Below, piece by piece: positions 50,261 to 62,644 of a stretch of DNA of 64,000 nt. A program made the position numbers and the translations under genes. Numbering within the stretch: position 1 is the stretch's first letter; every line of letters begins with the position of its first letter. The stretch comes from Podarcis muralis (lineage: Eukaryota): positions 18,414,001-18,478,000 of the forward strand of contig NC_135666.1 in NCBI RefSeq assembly GCF_964188315.1, in the 5' to 3' direction. The notes below the pieces were generated by a model. It had not been told where the DNA came from. It searched no databases and saw nothing but the letters and a program-made list of their open reading frames with translations.

Positions 50261-50685
50261 TCTAGTCACACTAGAAGGGAGATGGCAGTGCTGTGAAAGG
50301 TCTTTCATTTGGAACCCATTTGCTTTATACATGCCCAGGAAGGAAATGAGGCTTTATGAGCAAGAAAATGATACTTCATGGGCAACCTTTATATGAATGC
50401 TTAGTAATTTGTAGATTATCAAGATTAGATGTCATGACATGCAAAAGTTCTAAAAATTGGATGCAGTGTTCTTGAATTTCAGAAATGCAGAAAAGATGCA
50501 CTTAGATATTTTGCACATTAATTTCATGTAATATCAAAACCAGATTTTTAAAGGGTTTTTTAGGATTTCTTTTTTTAAAAAAGCTATAAAAAAATAAGAG
50601 CTCTAGGTTTGATGCTGCAGTTTCATTTTAATGAATGACTACTTAGTATTTGCACAGCAATTTAAGAGCATATGAAACATTACAT

Positions 50686-50742
50686 TCTATCTCTATCATC
50701 TATCTATATATCATCTATCTATCTATCTATCTTATCTATCTA
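50686..50742. repeat. Imperfect (TCTA)n microsatellite
   Basis: Read directly from the sequence. Confidence 0.9.
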
Positions 50743-51479
50743 GTGCACATTATCTGAGTAATCCTCACAATAATCCTAAAAGGTGGGCCAGTATTACTGC
50801 CCACATATTGTAGATCAGTAGTCTTCAACTTTTTCAGTCCCAGAACCCACTTTTAACCCAAACATGCATTTGGGGACCCATATCCTAATCTTTTTCTGCA
50901 TATTCATCTGTTGGTACTGCTCCTGTTGCAGCCCACCTTGGATCAGGCCATGACATACCAGCAAGTCCCAGCTCACCAGTTGAAGACTTGTAGATGATGT
51001 CTGTGTTGTAGATGATGGGAGGTGGGAGGGAGAAAACGAGAAGAGAGTGGCCTGCTGAAGTAAATGAATTGCAGAGCAAGATTGGAACTAGAGTCATTGT
51101 GATTCTTGCCTCAGTATCCTTGCCACTATGCTTAGAATTTTGTTAATGTGTAATAAAAAGACTTTCATCCAGTATCTTATAAACTGAATAGCACTGGCTA
51201 ATGTTGGCAAATTCCAGGGCAAGGAGGCAAGGATTTGGGCTCTTAACTCTAATAAATAATAGACTTTTTATTCTATTCCAAGATAACTCTGGACCCCTGT
51301 TACATCCCAGTATTTTCCTGGTAATTTAGCAGATGATGAGCTAGTTTGGAAATGAATAGTGGTGGAACAGGCTACAGTACATTTAATGTACAAACTGACT
51401 TTTCTCATTGTGCCCCCTACTGATTGAAAAATGGAAGTGTAGCATATGAGATCCTCATGCTCCTTTCTCAATTTTAAGG

Positions 51480-51621
51480 NNNNNNNNNNNNNNNNNNNNN
51501 NNNNNNNNNNNNNNNNNNNNNNNNNNNNNNNNNNNNNNNNNNNNNNNNNNNNNNNNNNNNNNNNNNNNNNNNNNNNNNNNNNNNNNNNNNNNNNNNNNNN
51601 NNNNNNNNNNNNNNNNNNNNN
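51480..51621. other. Assembly gap (142 N)
   Basis: Run of N characters. Confidence 1.
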
Positions 51622-52934
51622 AGTTTAGGCAGGAGTTTCAGTTGATTACTGCCCTGATATTTTGGCCATGCATTTGGAAATCTTCAGAGGTAACTTTATT
51701 TAAGCACATCCTTCTCTACTTTTGGCCTTTGAATGATAACAGGATTTGAGACACAAGTAAAGCTCTGATACCACCTTGGCATGCAAACTTGCACTTCAGT
51801 TTATTTCTGTAATAGCAAAAGGACAACGTCCTCAAAGTCAGTGGAAGCTTGTTGATACATGCATGGTGTTTAACAAGGAAGTCTTTTCTGACAAAAAAAG
51901 AAAAGACAAGACAAGAAAAGCAAATCTCATGTTCCTTGTATACAAAGAAGGAAGATAAAATTTGAATTAAATACTGTACTTCACTTAAAGCAAAGTATAT
52001 GTACTGAGCTGGGAAAAAATAGTTAATGGCTTGACACATTTATTTATTAATTAAGTTGCATGTGTAGAAAAAAAATGATAATGGGACAAATAAGCCAAAC
52101 AGAAAACACAAACAACTTAGGTAACTAACCCTGTGTAGAAGTGTGTGGGAGCTGCAAAACAACAGAGGCAGATGTTGGTGGGAAAGCCTTGCCTGTCAGC
52201 AAGATGCAATGTGTAACTGATCAATAAAGCATGAATCTCTTTCACTTAGCACTCATTGAGTCATTTAGTGAAGATTTGGCAAGTTTGGATGCACAATTAT
52301 TTTCTAGTATGAGTGGTGGCTGGTGCCTGTAGGAATTGATAGGGTGGAAGGCAGGGAGACCAAAAGCAGGTGGGCTCAGAGCCCAATGATAGGAAGAGTC
52401 AACTAATTCTAGCTTTGTCTCCATCCCTCTTCCATGCTGAGGTATCTAAAGGACAAAGTGAGAGTAAAGAGGATGAACTTTAATTCCTTGGTCAAATTGA
52501 ACAAAGAAGGCAGGTAGTTGAGGCTAGGTTGTGTTGTTCATACCAGGAGATGGGGAAGCATTGAATTGACTCTGCTGGTGTGTTTGCACTGCATCAACTT
52601 TGCTATCGCCTTGCTCCTCCCCATCTACCCTTTCAGTAAACAGCAGCAAAGTGACCTTCAGCAGGATCACCACACTGTTAACTGCAGGATGGAGGGCTAC
52701 AGCAAATCTATTGTTTAATTATTATTTTTTACTATTATTGTATTTTGGCTGCATACAATAAACTACAAGTTATGCTAAGTACAAGTAGTAGCAATGCTAT
52801 TCTGCAGTATTTTGGTTTTGGAATGTTACGTTTTTAAGCACTGAAAAGTATCTGCCCTATTTTTTGAAAACCATTTAAAGACATTTTAAGGTTTTTAAGC
52901 AGGGGCTGGATGGTCACTTGTCATGTAGTTGAGA

Positions 52935-53020
52935 TTTCTGCATTGCAGAGGGTTGGACCAAATGACTCTCAGGGTCCCTTCCAACTCTACAATTCCAATT
53001 CTGTGAATCTATAGTTCTAT
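52935..53020 (+). mobile_element. CR1-type SINE tail fragment
   Basis: gatttctgcattgcagagggttggac...gtcccttccaactctacaatt, the same tail as the SINE at 23427. Confidence 0.7.
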
Positions 53021-53189
53021 AGGACTAATATGCATTTTGGAATCTGTCTTCAGCTTCTTCCCTGTTTCCAGTTCTTTTGAACATGTGTGACAACATGTTT
53101 ACAGCTTATTTTTTAGGACTAGTAACACAGTTAACATATTTTCAGCTGTATAATGTTCCTGGTTGGTTAATCAGTGGTTATCCAGTAAG

Positions 53190-53525
53190 GCAGAATGAAG
53201 CCTCAAGCCCATGAGCCCAATGGGCTCCTCCAGGCCTTTTTGTCTGGCCCTTAGGACTTTCACTATCATTGACTTTGTTTCATATAATCCTTGGTGCTTT
53301 TTGCTTGAATGTGTCTTTGAACTCTGATAATGCCCATTGCTAGTCTGGATGGAGAACAGAAAAGTGTGTGGGTGTGTGGAAACTAGCCTGCTCTACAAAG
53401 CTAACATTTACATTTGTTGCTCCAATCATTTTTGCTTTTGGCCCCAACCACCACTGCCATGTGGCCCCCAGAAGATTGTTGAGAAGGAATGCGGTATTTG
53501 GCCTTAAAATGTTTCCACACCACTG
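53190..53525. mobile_element. Old hAT-type element, same family as 35333
   Basis: Shared interior (ctggatggag...catgtggccccc) and a tttccacaccactg terminus. Confidence 0.55.
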
Positions 53526-54489
53526 CAGAAAAGAGTTTTAATTTGCTTACATTTCTTTTTTAACTACAGTGTCCCAGTCCAGTTTTGCAATCATTGCTAC
53601 TTCAGTGTTCAATAATTTATTCTCTTGCAATTTTGCGTGCAACATCCCACATTGAGTTTTAAAGCCCGAAACGATGCAAAGACAATGCCTCAGGCCCTGG
53701 AAGTGAGAGAGCTGTTCCATGTAGTGATCACCTCTGATTTTCAGGGCTTGATTATTCCTTTTAATCTTGAAAGAAGGAGATGCTCAAATAGCTGCACTTG
53801 ATCACTTTAGATTATGGGTAATGCCATCTAACATCTTGCCTTGCCAAATTGCTTGAAAGTTTTTTTCCCCTTTTAACACCGTCTATGTAAGTAAAACCTA
53901 TTGAGACTCAATTAAGAATTTTATTAGGTTTTCTTACAGTTATAAGGATGGGCAATGGATGTTGGATAAAAGGCACTGGCTTTACAGGCTCTACAGCGGT
54001 AGGGAATTTTGCTCGCTTAATGATGCTGCTGCTTTATGTTCCTTTGCGGCAGTGGAAATAGCTACTATCCATTACAGTCAAGAAACTGCGTGGAAGCAAG
54101 TCTCTAGCTTTTAGTCCTCCATGTATGTGAGAGTTTTCTTCTAGTAGTTACCCCATTTGTTTTATACCGTTGATGTTGTTTTTGTTTGAACCAAATTCAT
54201 AGTACTGTAGTTGTTAGCGGTTGCTGACTTCGACTATTCTTTGTTTGTTTAAAATATTTATATACCTTTTATTTTAAAAATATCCAAAGCAGTTCATAAC
54301 AGTAAGAAGCAATAAAACTGTGAAACTAATGCAATATCTCTGAAAGCTTTCCGCAGTATTTATTTGCATCCGCAATATTTAGCAGTACGTAGGCCTGTGA
54401 ATAGCTGTTAAGGGAGGCCTGAGTGAACAAGTATGCTTTTAACATAGACTGAAACTCCAACAACCATCTCAATAAACCATGTATTTGTT

Positions 54490-54626
54490 GCTCTCTGTGG
54501 GGAATAGGGGCAACCTTACAACCCTCATCAACCTTAACAAGCTACAGTTCCCAGGAGTCTTTGGGGGAAGCCATGACAGTTAACATGGTATAATAGCACT
54601 TTAAATGTATGGTGTGGGTGTGGTCT
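54490..54626. mobile_element. Harbinger-like MITE, right half
   Basis: gctacagttcccaggagtctttgggggaagccatgacagtt...gcactttaaatgtatggtgtgggtgtggtc. Confidence 0.65.
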
Positions 54627-54859
54627 TGCATTCATTTTTTATATTAGTTATACTGCCCTTCTTCTCATTAGGAGCATGTACAACATAATAAGTACAATTG
54701 TTACAGTAATTTAGAACATGTTAAATTTCATCTCTAAAATACATAATACCAGATTACCAATCTGCTGAGACCCCTCAGTTGCCTGATTCATATCCCCAAA
54801 CCCCAAGCAATCAAGTATACTTTCATTGTATGTCTAAATGATATCAATTTGTGGTGAAC

Positions 54860-54965
54860 AAATTCAGTTCCTCAGGGAGCGAGTCCCAGAACTGGGGTGC
54901 CACCACAGAAGAGGCCCTGTTCCAAGTTGCCGCCCCACAGGCCATACCAACCAGTGGCACCACAA
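54860..54965 (-). mobile_element. Old L2 fragment
   Basis: gggagcgagtcccagaactggggtgccaccacagaagaggccctg resembles 56190-56240 of the younger L2. Confidence 0.5.
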
Positions 54966-55987
54966 AAGTTACCAAATTCAAAAGGATTTGAGGTTTTGAA
55001 TAAATCAGGAAAAAGGCCAGATGTCTATCTTCAACATTTACAAAAATAAAATAGTTCCCCCCCTGTTCCAGATTGATTGTGAAACTTCAAGTCACTCCCC
55101 CTTCTTTATTACATGCAGCTAGTTGTGTTAGGGGGGATTTTGTCATGAGCTAGGAAGACTTTCTCACATCAATCTGCCTGCTGTTTCAATGAAAAGAATC
55201 CTTTATTAAAACCGGTTAGTCTACAGGGCTGCTGTCAAGTTTTTAGGTTTTGTTATTTTGCAAAGTTGGAGGCATCCAGACATGTTTAAGGTTAACTAAG
55301 TAGAGAACAGTGTGAAATTTGATTCAGGCGAGTCAGAAAGTGGATCACTACATTTGTTTTTACAGGTCTTATGCAACCCAGACAACTCTTTTTACACTTT
55401 CTGCATTTTTAACCCAATGTATTTTTATGTGATTTCAGCAGTTCTCTTTCCAGAGCTGAAAATTCTTAACTTAGAAACCATTGTGGAAAAAGACTCCCCG
55501 CCTCCCTTTCTCGAACATTTGACTCACTATGCAAACACTTAAGCTGATTAGTTGTTCTGAATTAAGCTGCCATTCAGACTTTTACTATACAGATTGTTCA
55601 GCTTGTATGGTTACCATTAAAGTGCATTTTCATGTGCTGTTTCTTCCTCATGAGTCTGGTCCTCTAGCTGTCTAAATGAACAAGCAAAGGAAGTGGGATT
55701 TGCAGCCAGTCAGCTGATCTTCAGTGCTTGCAAAGCCCTGTTCCTTTGCTCACATAGTTTGATTTTAAACCATGCAGGCAAAGTAAAACCATTCAGGCTG
55801 GTATAATTTTAGTCCCTGAAATGTACCATTTAACTTCTCCCCATGCCATAACTGTCCCTCCATTGTGACCTTTCCACCTATGGAAAGCCCTATTCCCCTC
55901 ACAAAGCTACAGTTGTCAGAGTGGTATAACAGCCATTCCCTCTTCAGAGAGCCCTTCTAACAACTCTTGACACCCTTAAACTACAGC

Positions 55988-55988
<1 letters not shown>

Positions 55989-56021
<33 letters not shown>

Positions 56022-57535
56022 TTATTTATACCCCGCACATCTGGCTGGGTTTCCCCAGCCACTCTGGGTGGCTCCCAACCAAATATTAAAAACACAATAC
56101 AGCATTAAACATTAAAAACTTCCCTAAACAGGGCTCCTTCATATGTCTTTTAAAAGTAAGATAGTTGCTTATTTGCTTGACATCTGATGGGAGGGCGTTT
56201 CACAGGGCAGGAGCCACTACCGAGAAGGCCCTCTGCCTGGTTCCCTGGAACCTCACTTCTCACAGTGAGGGAACCGTCAAAAGGCCCTTGGCGCTAGATC
56301 TCAATGTCTGGGCTGAACGGTGGGGGTGGAGACGCTCCTTCAGGTATACAGGACTGAGGCCGTTTAGGACTTTAAAGGTCAGCACCAACACTTTGAATTG
56401 TGCTCTGAAACGTACTGGGAACCAATGTAGGTATTTCAGGACTGGTGTTATACAGTCTCGGCAGCCACTCCTAGTCACCAGTCTAGCTGCCACATTCTGG
56501 ATTAATTGCAGTTTCCGAGTCACCTTCTGGCGAGACAATCCATGGGCAGGTAGGGTCTCAGCCTGCGTACCAGATGAAGCTGGTAGACAACTGCCCTGGA
56601 CACACAATTGACCTGCGCCTCCATGGACAGCTGTGAGTCCAAAATGACTCCCAGGCTGCTCACCTGGTCCTTCAGGGGCACAGTTACCCTATTCAAGACC
56701 AGGGAGTCCTTCACACCAGCCCCCCCCCGTCCCCCAAGAAAAGTACTTCTGTCTTGTCAGAATTCGACCTCAATCTGTTAGCTGCCATCCATCCTCCAAC
56801 CGCCTCCAGGCACTCACACAGGACCTTCACTGTCTTCACTGGTTCTGATTTAAAAGAGAGGTAGAGCTGGGTATCATCCACATATTGATGAACACCCAGC
56901 CCAAACCCCCTGATGATCTCTCCCAGCAGCTTACTATAAATATTAAAAAGCATGGGGGAGAGGACAGAACTCTGAGGTACTCCACAAGTGAGAGTCCAGG
57001 GGGCTGAACACTCATCTCCCAACACCACTTTCTGGCCATGGCCCAGGAGAAAGGAGCGGAACCACTGTATAATGGTCTCCCCAGCTCCCAGCCCCCCCCG
57101 ATGGTCCAGAAGCATGCCATGATTGATGGTATCAAAGGTCGCTGAGAGATCCAGCAGAACTAGGAAACAGCTCTCCCCTTTGTCCCTAGCCTGCCGGAGA
57201 TCATCGACCAGTGTGATCAAGGCAGTTTCAGTCCATGATGAGGCCTGAATCCCAATTGGAAGGGATCCAAATGGTCCGCATCCTCCAGGCATGCTTGGAG
57301 TTGTTCAGCAACTACCCGCTCAGTCACCTTGCCCAAGAATGGTAGGTTTGAGACTGGGTGATAGTTGGCCATATTGGCCGGGTCTAAAGATGTTTTTTTA
57401 AGAAGCGGTTTAATGACCGCCTCTTTCAGTAGGCCTGGGAAGCATTCACCATCCCACAGAGCCCATCCCCCAGCCCTTCCTGGCTCGCTTTTATGAGCCA
57501 GGATGGACAAGGATCAAGAAGATAGGTGGTTGGTT
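55989..57535 (-). mobile_element. 5'-truncated L2-clade LINE with a disrupted reverse transcriptase
   Basis: ETALITLVDDL...LLDLSATFDTINH...GVPQSSVLSPMLFNIY...YVDDTQLY RT motifs across frameshifted ORFs 57510-56260; (TTA)n tail at ~55990-56019. Confidence 0.95.
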
Positions 57536-58744
57536 TCTTTGTGGGAAGCCATGACAGTTTAAAGTGGTACCAAAGTGCTTTAAATGTATGGCATGAATGT
57601 GGCCTAAGTTTGTCATCCAAACAAAGACTCGTCCTCCCACTAAGCTGTAGCTGTGAAGTTGGGGGGAGGGACATTGAATGGAAATAAGATGGATTTATTT
57701 CAAGTCAGTCCAGTCTCAATTTCCCTTGCCCCATTCACCATCTTTAGAGATGTAAACTGTTTGTTTAAGAGCTAGAATTACATGCATGAAACAGACAGAG
57801 TTGCTATAAATCAAGCCAAAACTATTAATGAATGTTGTCTAGTGTTAAGTATGACATGTCTTTAAAAAATAGTTCCAGATGTTCCTCACTGCACACTCTC
57901 ATTGCAGGGTACTGGGCAAGATGTGTAGTCAGCATGTCTATGTCTTTCCCCCAAACTTTGTGTTTACATAATCTTCAGCCAAGATGTAGAACTATGCCAC
58001 TGCTGATGCCAAACCATCATTTGACATTACATCTGAACCATCTCAGATGATGTCTGCCCTCCCTAGAAGTAATTGGGCCAGAAACATGAAGAGTGAATTT
58101 TCTTGTCCCCAGGAAAAGAATTAGAGAATAAATAGACTTGCCACTTGGTTGCTAGCCTGTGAGAGTTTGTGGCCTTTGCTTGCCAAATGAAATTAAGCAG
58201 CTGGAATTGTGGCTTTTTGCTATTAAAACGACATCCAAGAGCAGCTAGTTAATTGACCATGACTGTCATTTTCAATTGAGTGGCTTGGGACTGTATCTTT
58301 TAGCCTGGTAGTAGCTAAAATGGGCTAATGACCAATTCATGTTGTTCAGCACCAGAAAATGAATAGGCACTAATTTTTGTCGTGAGCATTGGGGTGGTAG
58401 TTTAATGTAATTTGAGAGATTAAAAAATAAATCAGTATTGCTGGAAAATGTTCCATGGAGGAAGGAATTAGCATAATGTTCTGCCACATAAATTCCTGTT
58501 CGTATTCAGCAGCTATCTTTCTTTCTTTCTTTTTTAATTCACAAGAGTGCTACATTTCTGTGCAGATGTCATTTGTTGCCTGGAAAAGTGTTCTAAATGA
58601 CTATGTGGAAGAATTTGGGATTACTGGAATGAAGCAAACACTTTTTGAGCTGTGACACGGGGGTTCCTGCTTGATCCTGCTGTCAGATGTAGTTTCTGTT
58701 GCTAATTTCTTCAGCTTTTATAAATTTTCATTGATGTAGAAAAG

Positions 58745-58873
58745 GAATGGGGAACCCATAAGCCTCCAGACATTTCAGAACTAGAGCTCCCATCATCCCT
58801 GACCGTTGGGTCATGCTAGCTGGAACTGATGGACCTGGAGTCCAACAACCTCTGGAGGGCCACAGATCTCTGA
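58745..58873. mobile_element. hAT-type MITE, degenerate
   Basis: atggggaacc start and ctcccatcatccctgacc core. Confidence 0.65.
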
Positions 58874-59284
58874 TACATATTTTAAGTTATCGAGCACATG
58901 TTTATAGAATTGACCCATTAAGGAAGCCTTGTTGGCCCTTAAGAAAAATTGTAAAACCCCATTTATCTTCAAGAATCTAATATGTGTTGGCAAAGTCACT
59001 TAAATAATGTAGATGGAGTCCAGGGACAAAAATACTGATAACGTTACGTTGCTGAGGAAACGTAACAAAACAATATATAATTTGAGGAGATATACACAGA
59101 GAGATTTTGGTCTTTCCTAGGCATTGCTTGGCTCTTCATATAAAAATTTAATAATCTTCAACATAATATGATGATGATGAGGCTAGTGGTGATGAAGGTG
59201 AGGACCTCTTTAATCTCTCGTGACCTGGCAATGGAATATGGTCCCATGATATGGTTTGAGGGCACATGAGGTTGCCACCTTCCT

Positions 59285-59390
59285 GATGCTGAGCAGGTCT
59301 CGGTCTGATCAGTGCGTGGATGGAAGACTTCAAGTTTCCATGATGGGAGAAAAGTAGCGTGTAAATGTAAATGTAAATAAAATAAATAAA
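59285..59390 (+). mobile_element. Possible 5S rRNA-derived SINE fragment with an L2-like tail
   Basis: 59285-59329 matches the internal control region of vertebrate 5S rRNA (as I recall it) at about 32/45 positions, followed by gtaaatgtaaataaaataaataaa. Confidence 0.5.
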
Positions 59391-60956
59391 TGCTCTCTCA
59401 AAAGAGGCTCAATTGATACCTTAACGCTACTATTTTTTTAGGGTTCAGTTTAAAATGTTTTTATTCTCTCTGTCATTTTAGGACCTCATTTTAACTGTTC
59501 CTCAAACTTTCCCAGTCTGCTGTTTTATGGTATGTTTTATTGCTTTTTAAAATGATACACACCACCCATGTGCATGGTGCTTTTTGAGACACAAGAGGAC
59601 AGGTTCCTGCTGTGAGGAGCTTAGAATCTAAAATTCAGCGTGGGAAACAGCGAAAGAAAGGAATTGAAGTTGAAGCAAGGACTGAATAGGAAAGTGATAC
59701 ACGGTTGTTTCAAATTGCATATTCTTAGGTGGAGTTACAGTTGGCTGTTTTGCATATTTGGGGGCAAACTTTTCATGCGTGTTTGTTGTAGCTGCTGTGG
59801 CAGCCATAATGGGATAAGATTTTATGAGGGATGGTCTGCAAATATCTTCAATATGAGGGCTGACTAGGGCTGTGCTGCCACACAGTAATTTTTGCTTGTG
59901 AGTTGGGAAGCAGTTACTGCTAACAGTGTGCTCCTCTCCCCTCCTGCAAACAAAGAACACACATTACACATTATATTGCAAACCCATTCAGCCTTATTTT
60001 GTCACCTTGTAGGTTTGGGACTCCATTGAGAAACCTCACAGAAAGCACTGTAACATGATTACTCTGAATCTGCTGTTTCCCCCCACCCCCAAAAGTCTCC
60101 CAGCTGCTGAGTTTTTGTTAGTTAGTTGCTTGATTACATTTCTCTAACCGAAATCCTGGAAGGCATTCTGAATGAGATGTAATCCAACCTCTAGTCTAGT
60201 GTTTGTTGTTTCTGGGTTGTTGGACTGAAGAAAGTAATAGGAATCCAACTTGTACAATAAAAGCTGTGTCTTTTCCCACCTCAGCAAACAACCCAAAAGC
60301 TTGCTTTGGCTGTTCCTTTGAGCACGACAGAAGCATGCATGGAAAAATATGATTATTAGCAAATTAACAAAAGGGGATGCTTGCTTTTTTTAAGAGAGGA
60401 AAATGGATATATTGGATTCCCTCCTCCCTTTGCACTCGTTATAATTCCAGGTCCTCCAACATTATGTTCCAAATGACTTAAAATCAGGGCAGAAGATACA
60501 GAGCAGATTTCTCACCCTTTCATAAATCCAGGCCTCTGGGAAGCATATCACGGGGTTTTCCCCCCAGCTCAAGCCTAGCCTCTTATGCTCAGTACCCCAA
60601 GTGCAATGACCACCTAGGTAAATGGGCTATTATAGCAATATATTTAAAAAATATATATGAAACATTTTCCTCATTTACAAAAGCGCATGCACCCTCTCTT
60701 TCTTCAGGTTGTGTTTGCTACAGATCAGTTACATTTGTTGTGAGACATTGGTGTTATATGCAGTATAGGGCCCATTTCCTACATTCCTACATTCATTCAT
60801 CCTTTTCAACGGTTCTTCCACTGGTATTTCTTTTCTGTGGTTCCTTACTGACTGCCCACTCCTGGCATGCTAAAAGCAACTACTAAAGGCATGCCTTGCT
60901 ATTGAGAAATAAGTGCCCTCAGTGTGGTGGGCCATGTAATGGCTGAGGGTGCAAAT

Positions 60957-61295
60957 ACATAAGAACATTTATGTAAGAACCCTGCTGAATGATCCAAAGG
61001 CCATCTAGTGCAGCATTCCGTTCTCATAGTGGCCAGTCAGATGCTCATGGGAAGCCTGCAAACAGAGCCCAAGTGCAACAGCAACTAGCAATTCCCAGCA
61101 ACTGGGATGGAGGTAGTTGCTGGTGGCCTTATCTGACTAATCTGATCAACTCTTACAAGTAGTTCAGGAATCAGGATACATTCCCAATTCAAGACAGATA
61201 AAACAAAGTGCTTCTTTCCACAGTGCATAGTTAAACTATGGAATTCACTCCCACAGGAATTCTCACCCAAGAAAGCTTGTTTGACCCCCATTTTG
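60957..61295 (-). mobile_element. CR1 LINE 3' end
   Basis: acataagaac tail, ctgctgaatgatccaaaggccatctagtgcagc, and further on ttctttccacagtgcatagttaaactatggaattcactcccacag (CR1 ORF2 end). Confidence 0.8.
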
Positions 61296-62284
61296 ATGGC
61301 ATATTGGTCTGATATCTAGCAATGACCATCTGGTTTTGTCATGCTTTTGATTTACAGAATCACTTGCTTATCTCATCCTTATCTGTACATTCCTTTGCAG
61401 CGCTGTTCTTGTCATTTGCTGCTGATTTTGTTGCTCTATGTCTTGCTTTCTATTTACTGTATATATTCTTTGCAGGACAGAAAGGCAGGATAAAAATAGT
61501 TTATTAATAAAATGTGTGCTTAGATTTGGTTTGATTTCAGTGCAGCTTAAGAGCTGTTCAGCCCTATTACACAGATTGATGTAGCTGGCAAGGATGGTAG
61601 ATTCATGGACTGTACCACTTCAGATTGCAGATGGGGATGTATGTATCACATTTTAAATATTTCCCCCACAGAAGAAGCTCCCTGAGTGTACTGTCTGAGC
61701 ACTGGGATGAAAGGGACTTTGGTAAAGTTTTCGCTTTGTTGAGAATATTTTCTACACACAGGAAGTTTCTTATGAGTCTCCTACCTGCAGTCTGAGGTCT
61801 TACACACTGGAAAGCACATTTTTTCCTGTGTAATCTATAGATTCCCATCCCTTAGATTCCCTTCAATAAAAAAAGGAAAACAACTAATAAACATTAGGGG
61901 ATTTTAATTCAGGACGCCTGAAGTGTTTCGAGCTGCTGATTCAGAGTTCCATATGCTGAGTTGTTGCTGCTCACATTAGAACTGTTGCAATCTTTTAAGT
62001 ATAAGCTATTACTTTAGCTCTGTTCAAACAGTGCTCTCTGCTGGCCTTCCTGTAGGGACCTTTTGAAACATATTAGCCTTACACAAATGTACTGTGAAAT
62101 CCTTTGTGTTTGTGATGTTGACACTGTGATCATAAAGATATAAATCCTTGTTACTAACATTTAGGCATACACAAAGAAGCAGGGCTTTTTAAAGTTTACA
62201 GTGTCTGAAAAAAAACTGCTTGGGAAGTTTTAGGAATCTTTTCTTCTGAGCATTAAGATTTGCTGAAGTTTATCCTGTCGGAGA

Positions 62285-62644
62285 GGGACGCGGGTGGCGC
62301 TGTGGGTAAAACCTCAGCGCCTAGGACTTGCCGATCGTCAGGTCAGCGGTTCGAATCCCCGCGACGGGGTGCGCTCCTGTCGTTCGGTCCCAGTGCCTGC
62401 CAACCTAGCAGTTCGAAAGCACACCCGGGTGCAAGTAGATAAATAGGGACCGCTTATTAGCGGGAAGGTAAACGGCGTTTCCGTGTGATGCGCTGGCTCG
62501 CCAGATGCAGCTTGTCACGCTGGCCACGTGACCCGGAAGTGTCTTCGGACAGCACTGGCCCCCGGCCTCTTAAGTGAGATGGGCGCACAACCCCAGAGTC
62601 GGACACGACTGGCCTGTATGGGCAGGGGTACCTTTACCTTTACC
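62285..62644 (+). mobile_element. Young full-length Sauria SINE
   Basis: gggacgcgggtggcgctgtggg head and (ACCTTT)n tail; TSD (TT)TATCCTGTCGGAGA at 62269-62284 and 62645-62660. Confidence 0.97.
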
